DNA of 64,000 nt, taken from assembly GCA_033762255.1 (NCBI GenBank), contig JANRLT010000009.1, forward strand, positions 410 to 64,409. The letters run 5' to 3'. Below are positions 38,009 to 47,142 of this stretch, one piece after another. The DNA comes from Pirellulales bacterium. GTDB lineage: Bacteria > Planctomycetota > Planctomycetia > Pirellulales > JALHPA01. Every line of letters starts with the position of its first letter. Positions within the stretch are counted from its first letter, which is position 1. Made by a program: the position numbers and the translations under genes. The notes under the pieces were generated by a model. That model was not told the DNA's origin and did not search any database. It worked only from the letters and a program-made list of their open reading frames with translations.

Positions 38009-41000
38009 ATGCAATTTTGGCATTCATTTCTCATAACCGCGTTGCTCGTTCAAATTGGGATTGCGCCCTCTGACACCCGGGGCGGGGAACTAACTCCCTC
38101 CTCGGCAACGGCTCCCCCGCACCTGCACACGATCGCGCTCAACGGTCATAATTTCACCCTGCCCGCGGGGTTCACGATCGAGCAGGTCACGACAACGGAC
38201 CTGGTGCCACGGCCGATTGTGGCGGACTTTGACGAACAAGGGCGACTGTATGTGGCGGATAGCTCCGGCTCGAATGACCCCGTGGAAACGCAACTAGAAA
38301 AAAAGCCACACCGCATTGTGCGGCTGGTGGACAGTGACGGCGATGGCAAGTTTGACAAGCAAACCGTCTTTGCCGACAAGCTGATGTTTCCAGCGGGCAT
38401 ACTGTACTATCGCGGGTCGGTGTACGTCACCGCTCCTCCGGCGATTTGGAAACTGACCGACACCAACGACGACGGCGTGGCGGACAAACGCGAGATTTGG
38501 TTCGATGCCAAGACGCTCACCGGCTGCGCCAACGACCTGCATGGGCCGTACCTGGGGCGCGACGGTTGGATTTATTGGTGTAAGGGGGCTTTCGCCGAGC
38601 AAACTTATGATTTGCCCCGGGGGCCAAATCGCCAAATCCAGCCCTGGAAAACTCGGGCGGCGCATATCTTTCGCGCGCGGCCCGACGACGGCAAAAATCA
38701 GGCGGGGGGTATCGAACCAGTCATGAACGGCGGGATGGATAATCCGGTCGATGTGGTCCAGCTTGCCAGTGGCGAGCGGATTTTTAGTTGCACGTTTTTA
38801 CAGCATCCCGGCGGGGGGAACCGCGATGGCCTAATCCACGCGGTGTACGGCGGTGTGTGGGGCAAAGACCACGATGTGATTTATGAACATCCCTGGACCG
38901 GGCCGGAATTTATGCCCGTGATGACGCATTTAGGCCCCGCCGCCCCCAGTGGTCTAACTGAGTATGAAGCTAGTACTTTTGGCGCGGATTATACGGGCAA
39001 CCTTTTTGCCGCGAATTTTAATTTGCACAAAGTCACCCGGCATAAGCTGATTCCCGACGGCGCGACCTACAGGACGGAGGACAGCGACTTTGTCGTCAGC
39101 GACCAATTTGACTTTCATCCCACCGATGTCTTGGCCGATGCCGACGGCAGTTTACTGATTATCGACACCGGCGGCTGGTACAAGCTCTGCTGCCCAACCT
39201 CGCAACTGCATAAGCCCGACGTTCTGGGGGCGATCTACCGCGTGCGCAAGATTAACGCGCCGCGCATCGACGACCCGCGCGGGTTAAAGATTGATTGGGA
39301 AAAGTCTACCCCACAGAAACTCGTGGAACTGCTGGCGGATTCCCGCCCCGCGGTTTGTGTCCGCGCAATCGAGGAACTTTCCCTGACCAATCTTGAGGTT
39401 ATTCCGCTCCTTGCCGATACACTCAAAAACTCCCCTCCCCCGCCCGCTGGCATCAACGCTATCTGGGCCGCATGCCGCCGTGAGGACGGCCGAAAAATCC
39501 CCCTGTTAGCTCTGTGCATTCTCGATAAATCCGGCCAGGTTCACCAAGCCGCGCTCCACGCCATCAGTGTCTGGCGCGACCGCGATCCAGCGACCATCGC
39601 GCGTGTCAGTGAATTCCTCACCGATCCCAATCCCCAAGTCGCCCGGGCCGCTGCGGAATGCCTGGGCCGGGTCGGGACGGCCCAAAATTACCCCGCGATC
39701 CTGGAGGCACTGGAAAACACCAATGATCGAATCATCCGCCATTCGCTCACGTACGCGCTCATCGAGATCGGTGATGAGGAGGCTTTGCTAAAGCATTTAA
39801 CGGATAAAGCCACTCCCGCGAAGTCGCGTTTGGCGGTGTGGGTGGCCCTCGACCAATTGCATAGTAATAAACCAAACTACGGAAATTTGGCGGTGGAGTT
39901 GGCAACCGCTGATCCAGCGAGTGTGCCGACGCTGTGGTGGCTGATGCGGCGACATTCCGCGGCGGCGGATGCCCTTGCTGGCCAAGTGCGCGAAATGCTT
40001 AATTCCGCACAAGAGTTCACGCCCCAGCAGGCAAATTTGCTCGCGCAAGCCGGGTGGTTGGTCGAACAGCCAGCGATACAAAACATCATTGGTCAGAAAC
40101 TGGGGGACGCTAACATTTCCGAAAGCCAGCAAATCAAGGCTCTGCAGTTGGTGGAGCAAGCGCGGCTGCGCGATCTGCCGCAGGACTGGGTGCCGCTATT
40201 TGCCAAATTGTTGACGGGATCGGAAAAGATCCGCGCGGCGGCGATCCAGGCCCTGGCGGCGACATCCCTTTCCGCCGAGCAGCAATCGGAGCTAAAAAAT
40301 CCGTTACTGGCGCTGGCCAACGATGCCCAGGTGCCAATACCGGTGCGGCTGGGGGCGATGAGCCTGTTTCCCCCCAACGAGGTCTCCGCCACGCCGGAGT
40401 TACTGCAAACGATCTGGCAAGCCTACGACGCCCGCGCGGGGCAACCGTTTGATTTTACCCCCCTTGCGCGGTTGAAAATGACCGCTGCGCAGTTACGGGA
40501 CATCCTGCCTAGAATTGCCAGTTGCGGCCCGCTGGAGATTGAGCCGCTGGTTAGCCTGTATGCCCAGTCGCGGGACGACGCGCTGGCGGCAAAGTTGTTG
40601 GATGAACTGGAAAAATCTCCGGCGGCGGCCAACTTGCAGCCAGAAGTGTTGGCGGCGGCGTTACGCAATGTGAGTGAAGAGCTGCGCGCACGCGGGGCGG
40701 ATATTTTGCGCGGCAAGGCCCAAACCACCGACGAGCAGCGCGCCCGGCTGGAAGAACTATTAGCGCGGCTGCCGAAGGGAAATATTCGCCGGGGGCAGGC
40801 GGTATTTGTGAGTTCCCGCGCGGCCTGTCAAGCGTGTCATGCCATTGGCTATGTTGGGGGTAACGTGGGACCGGACCTGAGCGCGATCGGCAAAATTCGC
40901 CAGCGGCGCGACCTGCTGGAATCGATATTGTATCCCAGCTCGAGCCTGGTCCGCAGCTACGAGCCGGTCGCCATCACCACCCGCGACGGCCGGACGCATA

Positions 41001-41194
41001 ATGGCGTCATCCGCGGCGAAAACGACCACGAACTGCGCCTGGCAACCGGCCCCAATCAAGAGCTGCGCTTGCCGCGCGACCAAATCGAGGACCGGCAAGA
41101 GAGTAAAATCTCGGTCATGCCCGCCGGTCTGGACCAGCAACTGACCGAGCAAGAACTGGCGGACCTGGTGGAGTTTTTGTTGAGTAGGAATTGA
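38009..41194 (+). CDS. PVC-type heme-binding CxxCH protein: membrane-bound-dehydrogenase beta-propeller domain, HEAT-like repeats, C-terminal cytochrome c domain
   Basis: AAGGAG lies 11 nt before the ATG at 38009. The N-terminal motif FDEQGRLYVADS is typical of the dehydrogenase domain. C-terminal CQACHAIGYVGGNVGPDLSAIG...SVMPAGL. Confidence 0.85.
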   Translation: MQFWHSFLITALLVQIGIAPSDTRGGELTPSSATAPPHLHTIALNGHNFTLPAGFTIEQVTTTDLVPRPIVADFDEQGRLYVADSSGSNDPVETQLEKKPHRIVRLVDSDGDGKFDKQTVFADKLMFPAGILYYRGSVYVTAPPAIWKLTDTNDDGVADKREIWFDAKTLTGCANDLHGPYLGRDGWIYWCKGAFAEQTYDLPRGPNRQIQPWKTRAAHIFRARPDDGKNQAGGIEPVMNGGMDNPVDVVQLASGERIFSCTFLQHPGGGNRDGLIHAVYGGVWGKDHDVIYEHPWTGPEFMPVMTHLGPAAPSGLTEYEASTFGADYTGNLFAANFNLHKVTRHKLIPDGATYRTEDSDFVVSDQFDFHPTDVLADADGSLLIIDTGGWYKLCCPTSQLHKPDVLGAIYRVRKINAPRIDDPRGLKIDWEKSTPQKLVELLADSRPAVCVRAIEELSLTNLEVIPLLADTLKNSPPPPAGINAIWAACRREDGRKIPLLALCILDKSGQVHQAALHAISVWRDRDPATIARVSEFLTDPNPQVARAAAECLGRVGTAQNYPAILEALENTNDRIIRHSLTYALIEIGDEEALLKHLTDKATPAKSRLAVWVALDQLHSNKPNYGNLAVELATADPASVPTLWWLMRRHSAAADALAGQVREMLNSAQEFTPQQANLLAQAGWLVEQPAIQNIIGQKLGDANISESQQIKALQLVEQARLRDLPQDWVPLFAKLLTGSEKIRAAAIQALAATSLSAEQQSELKNPLLALANDAQVPIPVRLGAMSLFPPNEVSATPELLQTIWQAYDARAGQPFDFTPLARLKMTAAQLRDILPRIASCGPLEIEPLVSLYAQSRDDALAAKLLDELEKSPAAANLQPEVLAAALRNVSEELRARGADILRGKAQTTDEQRARLEELLARLPKGNIRRGQAVFVSSRAACQACHAIGYVGGNVGPDLSAIGKIRQRRDLLESILYPSSSLVRSYEPVAITTRDGRTHNGVIRGENDHELRLATGPNQELRLPRDQIEDRQESKISVMPAGLDQQLTEQELADLVEFLLSRN

Positions 41195-41290
41195 TACCCA
41201 TCGCAAGTAATCATAGCGCGGTTTTTGCCTGAATTATCAAGAGTTTACGCAACTCCGTTGGATTAGGAGTTCAACGATTTTGCCCTTTAT

Positions 41291-41453
41291 CCCAGGGTTG
41301 TTCGCTGCGCTCCAACCGCTGGGCTATGATGCATTACCGCGTTGCGGTATCCATCTACCACAACGCGGCTATGAAACTCAGCCCTGGGTTGCCGCGCAGC
41401 GGCTACCCAGGGGATACCGCAAGCCAAAAAAATCTACCGCAACGCGGTTGCGT
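41291..41453. repeat. Cluster of REP-like bipartite hairpin elements between convergent genes
   Basis: CCCAGGG-N-CGCTGCG-N-GCTGGG followed by ACCGC-GTT-GCGGT (41291-41349). An inverted partial copy CCCTGGGTTGCCGCGCAGCGGCTACCCAGGG lies at 41382-41412. A further hairpin CGCAAC-GCG-GTTGCG lies at 41438-41452. Confidence 0.5.
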
Positions 41454-41629
41454 CATCCAGAAAAACCGATCTATGCTTGGAGTCTTTACAAAATGCTAGC
41501 CATTTTATGAATAGCTAGAAACCGTAAAAAATGGGTGGCGAGAAGAGAAGAGCGGCAAATACCGTAGGCTAGTGCCCAGCGGTTGATCTGCCTAACTCGA
41601 ATCTTATACTGTGACACAGCACTATGCCC

Positions 41630-42805
41630 TTACTGAAACAGCAGCGGCATAAACTCCGCCAGGTAATCCCGCCAGACCAGCCAGGTGTGCCCCCCGTCGG
41701 TTTCCTGGTACTGGACCTCAAAACCGTGCTTCTTAAAAAGCTCCACTGTTTCCCGCGTGGTTTGCAATAAAAAATCCTCTTTCCCCGTGGCAAACCAGAG
41801 CAGTTTGAGACCTTTTTTGCCCGTCTCGCTGGTCAAGGCCGCGTTGTGGGCCATTGCCCAATTTTTGCCCCGTTCGTTCCCTTGTCCTCCCCCGACGCCA
41901 AAAATCCCCGAACTAAACACGCCCACGTAGCCGAAATCGTCCAGATTGGCAAACGCGATATCCAGCGACTGCGCGCCCCCCATGGAAAGACCCGCGATGG
42001 CGCGGCTGTTGCGGTCCTTGAGCAGGCGATAGCGTTTTTCGGCGGCGGGACGGATTTCGGCCTGAAAATCCTCTAAAAAACCATCCAGTTGTTCATCAAA
42101 CGAACTGCCGCCAAATTGGAACGGGCCGATATGGCCGTTGGGCATGATCACCACCATCGGTTTGGCCTTGCCCGCGGCGATCAGGTTATCCAGGATGATC
42201 CCAGCCCGGCCGACGCTGGACCACGATTGATCCGAATCGGTAGCTCCATGCAGCAGGTATAACACGGGATAAGAGTCGTTGCCCGCCTCGTATCCTGGCG
42301 GCGTATAGACATGCATGCGACGCGTGGTTTGCAATTTGCGCGAATGATACAGCACCTGCGCGACCGGGCCATGCGGGACATCGCGCGTGTCAAACAGTTC
42401 CTTCCCCGGCACCAGCACCAGACTGTTGGTGTTGCTATTGGACTGGCTGGTGAGGGTGTTGCGTTCGTCCAGGACCGTCATGCCATCCACGGCAAAGCTG
42501 TAACGGTAGGCTCCCGCGGGAACGGGGCCGACGGTGGTTTCCCATACGCCGTTCTCTAGCTTCTTCATGATTCCCGTCGTCATAATCTCGGGCAAGTCGC
42601 TACTCATGACCCGCACGGCGGAAGCGTTGTCAGCCCGCAGGCGAAACGTGATTTGCCGTTCGGCGGATACGACCGGCCCGGCAATCCGTTGCCGGGGGGC
42701 GCCGGGCTGTTGCCCATGTGCCAATCGCCCCTCACCCAGGCTGGACAGCATTGCCAGCATCCAAAAACCAACGGACAAAACGGGGCCAACGGTTGAAAAT
42801 CGCAT
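41630..42805 (-). CDS. Secreted esterase family protein (alpha/beta hydrolase, CE1 / enterochelin-esterase-like) with an N-terminal Ig-like domain
   Basis: YPVLYLLHGATDSDQSW, nucleophile elbow GLSMGG, and C-terminal DGGHTW. Confidence 0.8.
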   Translation of the reverse strand: MRFSTVGPVLSVGFWMLAMLSSLGEGRLAHGQQPGAPRQRIAGPVVSAERQITFRLRADNASAVRVMSSDLPEIMTTGIMKKLENGVWETTVGPVPAGAYRYSFAVDGMTVLDERNTLTSQSNSNTNSLVLVPGKELFDTRDVPHGPVAQVLYHSRKLQTTRRMHVYTPPGYEAGNDSYPVLYLLHGATDSDQSWSSVGRAGIILDNLIAAGKAKPMVVIMPNGHIGPFQFGGSSFDEQLDGFLEDFQAEIRPAAEKRYRLLKDRNSRAIAGLSMGGAQSLDIAFANLDDFGYVGVFSSGIFGVGGGQGNERGKNWAMAHNAALTSETGKKGLKLLWFATGKEDFLLQTTRETVELFKKHGFEVQYQETDGGHTWLVWRDYLAEFMPLLFQ

Positions 42806-43089
42806 GGGCTAATTCGCTTACTTGTAAAAATTGTGGGTGTAAAGTCCGGCGTGGGATTAGTCGCGCGGTGGGGGATAGGAAAATTCTTTCCCCTTCTATT
42901 CCGCGGTGTCAGTATAGAATCCCCCCAAGATACTAACAAATACGCAGTGGATAGGATGATAAAAAATCAATTCCCGTATTCGGCACTTGCCGGAAGAACT
43001 TTACATCCGCTAAGTTATTAAAATGTTGACGACCGGGGATTGACGGTAAATTTCAGGGAAATTCGACAGTCGTAGGGGGATTATCTTTG

Positions 43090-43797
43090 ATGGCTCAGGC
43101 CCAGGTGGGAACGTTTAGCATGCAAACGGCACTCGGCGGTGATGCCGCCGCGGCGACAGATCGCGTTGCTCCCGATTTTTTGCCGTTTCGCCAGCAAATT
43201 CAGGCGATTGGGCGGCAGTTTCACTCCCGGGGGTGGTCGCTGGCCACCAGCAGCAACTATAGCGCGGTGGTCGGCCGCGATCCGCTGCGGCTCTTGATCA
43301 CCGCCAGCGGCAAGCATAAGGGAGAATTGACGCTCGAGGATTTTGTCCTGGTTAATGCGGTGGGCCAAAATGTGGCAGGAACCGCCCGTCCCTCCGCCGA
43401 GACGCTGTTACACTGCGTCCTGGCGGAAAAACTGCCCAACGTGGGGGCGGTTTTGCATACTCATTCCGTCTGGGGGACGCTGCTTTCGGATCGGCATTTT
43501 CCCGCGGGCCGGCTGGACATTTGCGGATATGAAATGCAAAAGGGATTAGAGGGGGTCACCACGCACGAGCAGCCCATCAGCATTCGCATTTTTGAAAATT
43601 CTCAGGATATCCCGGCTTTGGCGGCGCAGTTGGCCGTGGAATTGGCCGCGGGAGAGCCAAGTTTACAATACGGGTTTTTGCTGCGGCGGCATGGGCTGTA
43701 TACTTGGGGAAAGGATCTGTCCGCCGCCCGCAGACATGTTGAGACACTGGAATTTTTATTTGAAGTCACCGCCCGCGCAGCGGGGATGACGTGTTAA
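43090..43797 (+). CDS. mtnB: Methylthioribulose-1-phosphate dehydratase (class II aldolase/adducin fold)
   Basis: GWSLATSSNYS, LITASGKHKGELT, LHTHSVWGTLLS and GYEMQKGL. The ATG at 43090 follows TAGGGGGA. Confidence 0.8.
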   Translation: MAQAQVGTFSMQTALGGDAAAATDRVAPDFLPFRQQIQAIGRQFHSRGWSLATSSNYSAVVGRDPLRLLITASGKHKGELTLEDFVLVNAVGQNVAGTARPSAETLLHCVLAEKLPNVGAVLHTHSVWGTLLSDRHFPAGRLDICGYEMQKGLEGVTTHEQPISIRIFENSQDIPALAAQLAVELAAGEPSLQYGFLLRRHGLYTWGKDLSAARRHVETLEFLFEVTARAAGMTC

Positions 43798-43894
43798 TTC
43801 AGCTTGGTTGACAGGATGGGTATTATCGGCAGTACTGTGAATTCACCCTACTTCCGGTTTACAGCCGAATGTTTTTGGTACAACGATTTGAATC

Positions 43895-43985
43895 GGGCCT
43901 TTGGCCCTACCAATATTAATTACATAAATTAACCTAGGGCGACGCTGCGATTGCCCTAGGCTGGGATAGGTTGGGCCGTTGGCCC
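43895..43985. repeat. REP-like hairpins (GGGCC-NTT-GGCCC type) with a CCTAGGGC/GCCCTAGG stem between mtnB and mtnD
   Basis: GGGCCTTTGGCCC at 43895-43907. CCTAGGGC-N12-GCCCTAGG at 43933-43960. GGGCCGTTGGCCC at 43973-43985. The layout matches the elements at 41291-41349. Confidence 0.5.
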
Positions 43986-44094
43986 ACAAGCAGCACACCG
44001 TTGGCATTCAAGTCGATAAGTCAATCGAACAAGACCGTTCCTTGAATTGCACTATCCTCCATTCCTCCAAACTCCATTACTTCATCCTCCACCC

Positions 44095-44691
44095 ATGGCC
44101 GCCATCACCATTCCCGCCGAGAACCGTCAGCTTACCGATCCCGCCGAGATGAACGCGTTTTTAGGCCAGTTTGGCATTTGCTATGAACGCTGGCCGCTAG
44201 AGGACCGCGTCAGCCCCGACGCCGCCAGCGAAGAGATTCTCGCAGCGTACGAACCAGAGATCCGACAACTGATGGAGCGCGGCGGGTATGTGACCGCCGA
44301 TGTGGTCAATATCACGCCCGAGACGCCAAATCTGCAGGTTCTGTTGGACAAATTTAACAAGGAACATATCCATACCGAGGACGAAGTTCGGTTTATTCTC
44401 AAGGGAAAGGGACTGTTTCATATTCATCCGGCAAATGGGCCGGTGTTTGCCATTACCATTGCCGCGGGGGATATGATTAACGTGCCGCGGGGGACGCAAC
44501 ACTGGTTTGATCTGTGCGAAGAAAAAACGATCCGGGCTATTCGCCTGTTCCAGGATCAAACCGGTTGGACGCCGCACTATATCGAATCCGGCGTCCATGC
44601 CAGCTATGCCCCGCTCTGCTGGGGGCCAAATTACCTGCCCCCAGCGGGCATCCGGATGGACGCGATCAGAACAGACACTGTGCGCGTGTAG
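44095..44691 (+). CDS. mtnD: Acireductone dioxygenase (ARD, cupin fold)
   Basis: FNKEHIHTEDEVRFILKGKGLFHIH and VPRGTQHWFD cupin motifs. ATG at 44095. Confidence 0.85.
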   Translation: MAAITIPAENRQLTDPAEMNAFLGQFGICYERWPLEDRVSPDAASEEILAAYEPEIRQLMERGGYVTADVVNITPETPNLQVLLDKFNKEHIHTEDEVRFILKGKGLFHIHPANGPVFAITIAAGDMINVPRGTQHWFDLCEEKTIRAIRLFQDQTGWTPHYIESGVHASYAPLCWGPNYLPPAGIRMDAIRTDTVRV

Positions 44692-44854
44692 TGCCAACCC
44701 GATGGCGGGAGCAAGAATTCCTTTTGCCCCCTGACGGTGATTTCCTTAGCCGCTAAGTCAATTAGCCGAAGTGTCAGATCGCCACTGCGATACAAAGGAC
44801 GCGGAGGAATTCCTTGAGAAGAGTAGTAAAGTTGCGCAGCTAACGCCGCAAATG

Positions 44855-44917
44855 AGATTTGAAATTTCCAGATTTGAAATTTGAAATCCAAAGATCTGAG
44901 ATTTGAAAATTTGAGAT
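44855..44917. repeat. Degenerate tandem repeat of GATTTGAAAT-type units
   Basis: AGATTTGAAATTTCC AGATTTGAAATTTGAAATCC ... GAGATTTGAAAATTTGAGATT. Confidence 0.6.
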
Positions 44918-44923
44918 TACCCA

Positions 44924-45018
44924 ATCCGTGAAAATCCGTGCTCATTCGTGGCTAACTCCCTTGTTAGGCCACGGATTTTTTTTAAGCCACAGATTTTCAC
45001 CGATAAACACGGATGGAT
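44924..45018. repeat. Imperfectly palindromic ~95-nt repeat built from GTGAAAATC / GATTTTCAC and CCACGGAT words (copy A)
   Basis: ATCCGTGAAAATCCGTGCTCATTCGTGGCTAA...TTAGGCCACGGATTTTTTTTAAGCCACAGATTTTCACCGATAAACACGGAT. It best matches the reverse complement of 46778-46848. Confidence 0.55.
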
Positions 45019-45101
45019 TCTATGAGTGATGTCGCTTAAAACCGCGGTGGCATAATAATTCCCCCGTGGCATACTTCCGTGGGATTTTTTATAATCTCGG
45101 C

Positions 45102-45773
45102 ATGCTCCCACTCACCCCCCGCTTTGCCGAATCCCTCTCCTATGCCGCGCAATTGCACGCGTCGCAGTATCGCAAGGGGACGCGTATCCCCTACGTTTCG
45201 CATTTGCTAGCCGTGACCGCCATTGTCCTGGAATATGGCGGGGACGAGGATCAGGCCATTGCCGCGATCCTGCACGATGCCGTTGAGGATCAGGGTGGGG
45301 CCAACACCGCCGCAGAAATCGGCCAAAAGTATGGGCCAGAGGTGCTTTCGCTGGTGCTGGCTTGCACGGACACTGATCAATCGCCCAAGCCCCCCTGGCA
45401 AGCGCGAAAGCAACACTACATCGACCATCTGGCCCAGGCTCCGGAGCGGGCGTTTCTGATCAGCGGGGCTGATAAATTGCACAATTTGCGTTCGATCCTG
45501 CGGGATTACTTGCGCGATGGCGAACAAATCTGGGCCCGGTTTGGCGGCGGAAAGGAAGGCTCGCTGTGGTATTATCGCGAGTTGACGCGGCTTTTTGTCA
45601 ATCGCCTTCCCGAGACACTCTATGCCGAGTTGCAACAGACGCTGCATGATCTGGAAGAAGCGATCCGCATCGTCGAGACCACGGATTTTCCCAATCCCCA
45701 GCGACAACCCGCGCAACAGCAAAATACCGCACAGCGCTTACCCCTGGCCCAACAACAGGCCCAACAACAGTGA
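45102..45773 (+). CDS. HD-domain phosphohydrolase (RelA/SpoT-hydrolase-like HD_4 type) with a Gln-rich tail
   Basis: YVSHLLAVTAIVLEYGGDEDQAIAAILHDAVEDQGG (the HD dyad). ATG at 45102. Confidence 0.75.
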   Translation: MLPLTPRFAESLSYAAQLHASQYRKGTRIPYVSHLLAVTAIVLEYGGDEDQAIAAILHDAVEDQGGANTAAEIGQKYGPEVLSLVLACTDTDQSPKPPWQARKQHYIDHLAQAPERAFLISGADKLHNLRSILRDYLRDGEQIWARFGGGKEGSLWYYRELTRLFVNRLPETLYAELQQTLHDLEEAIRIVETTDFPNPQRQPAQQQNTAQRLPLAQQQAQQQ

Positions 45774-45898
45774 GGGATCTCTTCTCCGCGCTCATGTGTC
45801 GTTTTGATGACAGTCGCTCGCTTGCTGTTGCGGGTTTGTTATCTTGATAAGTAACAATGCCGTCCCTTTGACGGCGTCTTATTTCTGCTCGAATTATC

Positions 45899-46639
45899 AT
45901 GCGGGTACAACTGTTAGGCACCGCGGGCTATCACCCCAACGAAACGCGACAAACATCCTGCCTGTTTTTGCCAGAGGTGGGGGTGGTGTTGGACGCGGGG
46001 ACGGGCTTATTTCGGCTGCGGGAAAAGCTATCCACTGAGTCGCTGGATATCTTTTTGACACACGTCCATTTGGATCACGTGGTCGGCTTGACGTATTTGT
46101 TTGACGTGCTGGTGGAACGGCCTCTGGCCCGGGTAACGGTGCATGCCGCAGTGGAAAAGCTGGCGGCGATACAGTCGCACCTGCTGAGCGAGCATTTATT
46201 TCCCGTCGCGTTGCCGTGCGACTACGCCCCGCTCACGGGGCCGGTTACCTTAAAAGGGGATGGCATATTACGCGCGTTTCCGCTAATTCATCCGGGGGGC
46301 AGCTTGGGGTTTCGGCTGGATTGGCCGGGGCATAGTTTGGCGTATATCACCGACACCACGGCCGACCCGGCCGCGGATTATGTACGTGAAATTGACGGGG
46401 TCGATTTGCTATTACACGAATGCAACTTCGCGGATGGCTTTGAACAGCAGGCGCGGTTGACGGGCCATAGCACGCTTTCGTCAGTGGCACGGGTGGCGGC
46501 GGCGGCAAATGTCAGCCGTTGCGTGCTCGTGCATCTCAATCCGCTGGATCATCCAGCGGGAAGGCTGGATCTGGACGCGGCTCGGCGAATTTTTCCCGCG
46601 TTATCCATTGGCACTGATGGGCAGGAAGTGGAATTTTAG
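45899..46639 (+). CDS. MBL-fold metallo-hydrolase (RNase Z / PhnP-like)
   Basis: MRVQLLGTAGYHPNETRQTSCLFL, LDAGTG and the HxHxDH motif THVHLDHVVGL. Confidence 0.8.
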   Translation: MRVQLLGTAGYHPNETRQTSCLFLPEVGVVLDAGTGLFRLREKLSTESLDIFLTHVHLDHVVGLTYLFDVLVERPLARVTVHAAVEKLAAIQSHLLSEHLFPVALPCDYAPLTGPVTLKGDGILRAFPLIHPGGSLGFRLDWPGHSLAYITDTTADPAADYVREIDGVDLLLHECNFADGFEQQARLTGHSTLSSVARVAAAANVSRCVLVHLNPLDHPAGRLDLDAARRIFPALSIGTDGQEVEF

Positions 46640-46777
46640 GGGGTGTGATTGGTGTTGGTATAGCTCTTTTGATGATTACGGGTCAAAGCCGTCTGATTCT
46701 TTGCCAGCCAAAGGTGTTGAACGCCTGTGGCCCAGGAATTATGAACTAACGAAAAATCTTTATACTCTGTAGAAGTT

Positions 46778-46848
46778 ATCCGTATCCATCTGTGAAAATC
46801 AGTGGCTAAAAAATTCAATCTAACCACGGATGAACACGGATTTTCGTG
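46778..46848. repeat. Second copy (B) of the GTGAAAATC/CCACGGAT palindromic repeat
   Basis: Its reverse complement, CACGAAAATCCGTGTTCATCCGTGGTTAG...TTTTTTAGCCACTGATTTTCACAGATGGATACGGAT, aligns with copy A in two blocks. Confidence 0.55.
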
Positions 46849-47142
46849 ATAAGGGCTTTGCCCGTAGCCCAAGGGACTGTATGGCCATGGGGGTCGGTAG
46901 TCTGACGCGGTGAGAGCGTGTTTGGCTAAGAAGTTTGTACGCGGAAGACTCTGGACCCCCTACGCTTTGTCATAAACATTCGCATTCTTGCTAGCAGACT
47001 AATCGGCACCGGTCTTGTGGCAAAATTGGTTACTGGCTACGCTTGCACGCCCGATTTTTGCGGCCCTACTGAGTTTCTGCGCACTTTACCAATCCGCGAA
47101 TACCTTGCGCGACCGGTACACTCGCCTTGCCCAGGATGATTC

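Noticed and set aside
41280-41510. 76-aa ORF MPFIPGLFAALQPLGYDALPRCG...
   Set aside because: It is a translation of the REP-like hairpin cluster. Its reading frame is made of palindromic repeat words.
44197-44697. 166-aa ORF antisense to mtnD. Similar antisense ORFs lie at 45207-45722, 49753-50274 and 60246-60737
   Set aside because: Each lies wholly inside a well-supported gene on the opposite strand and shows shadow-ORF composition.
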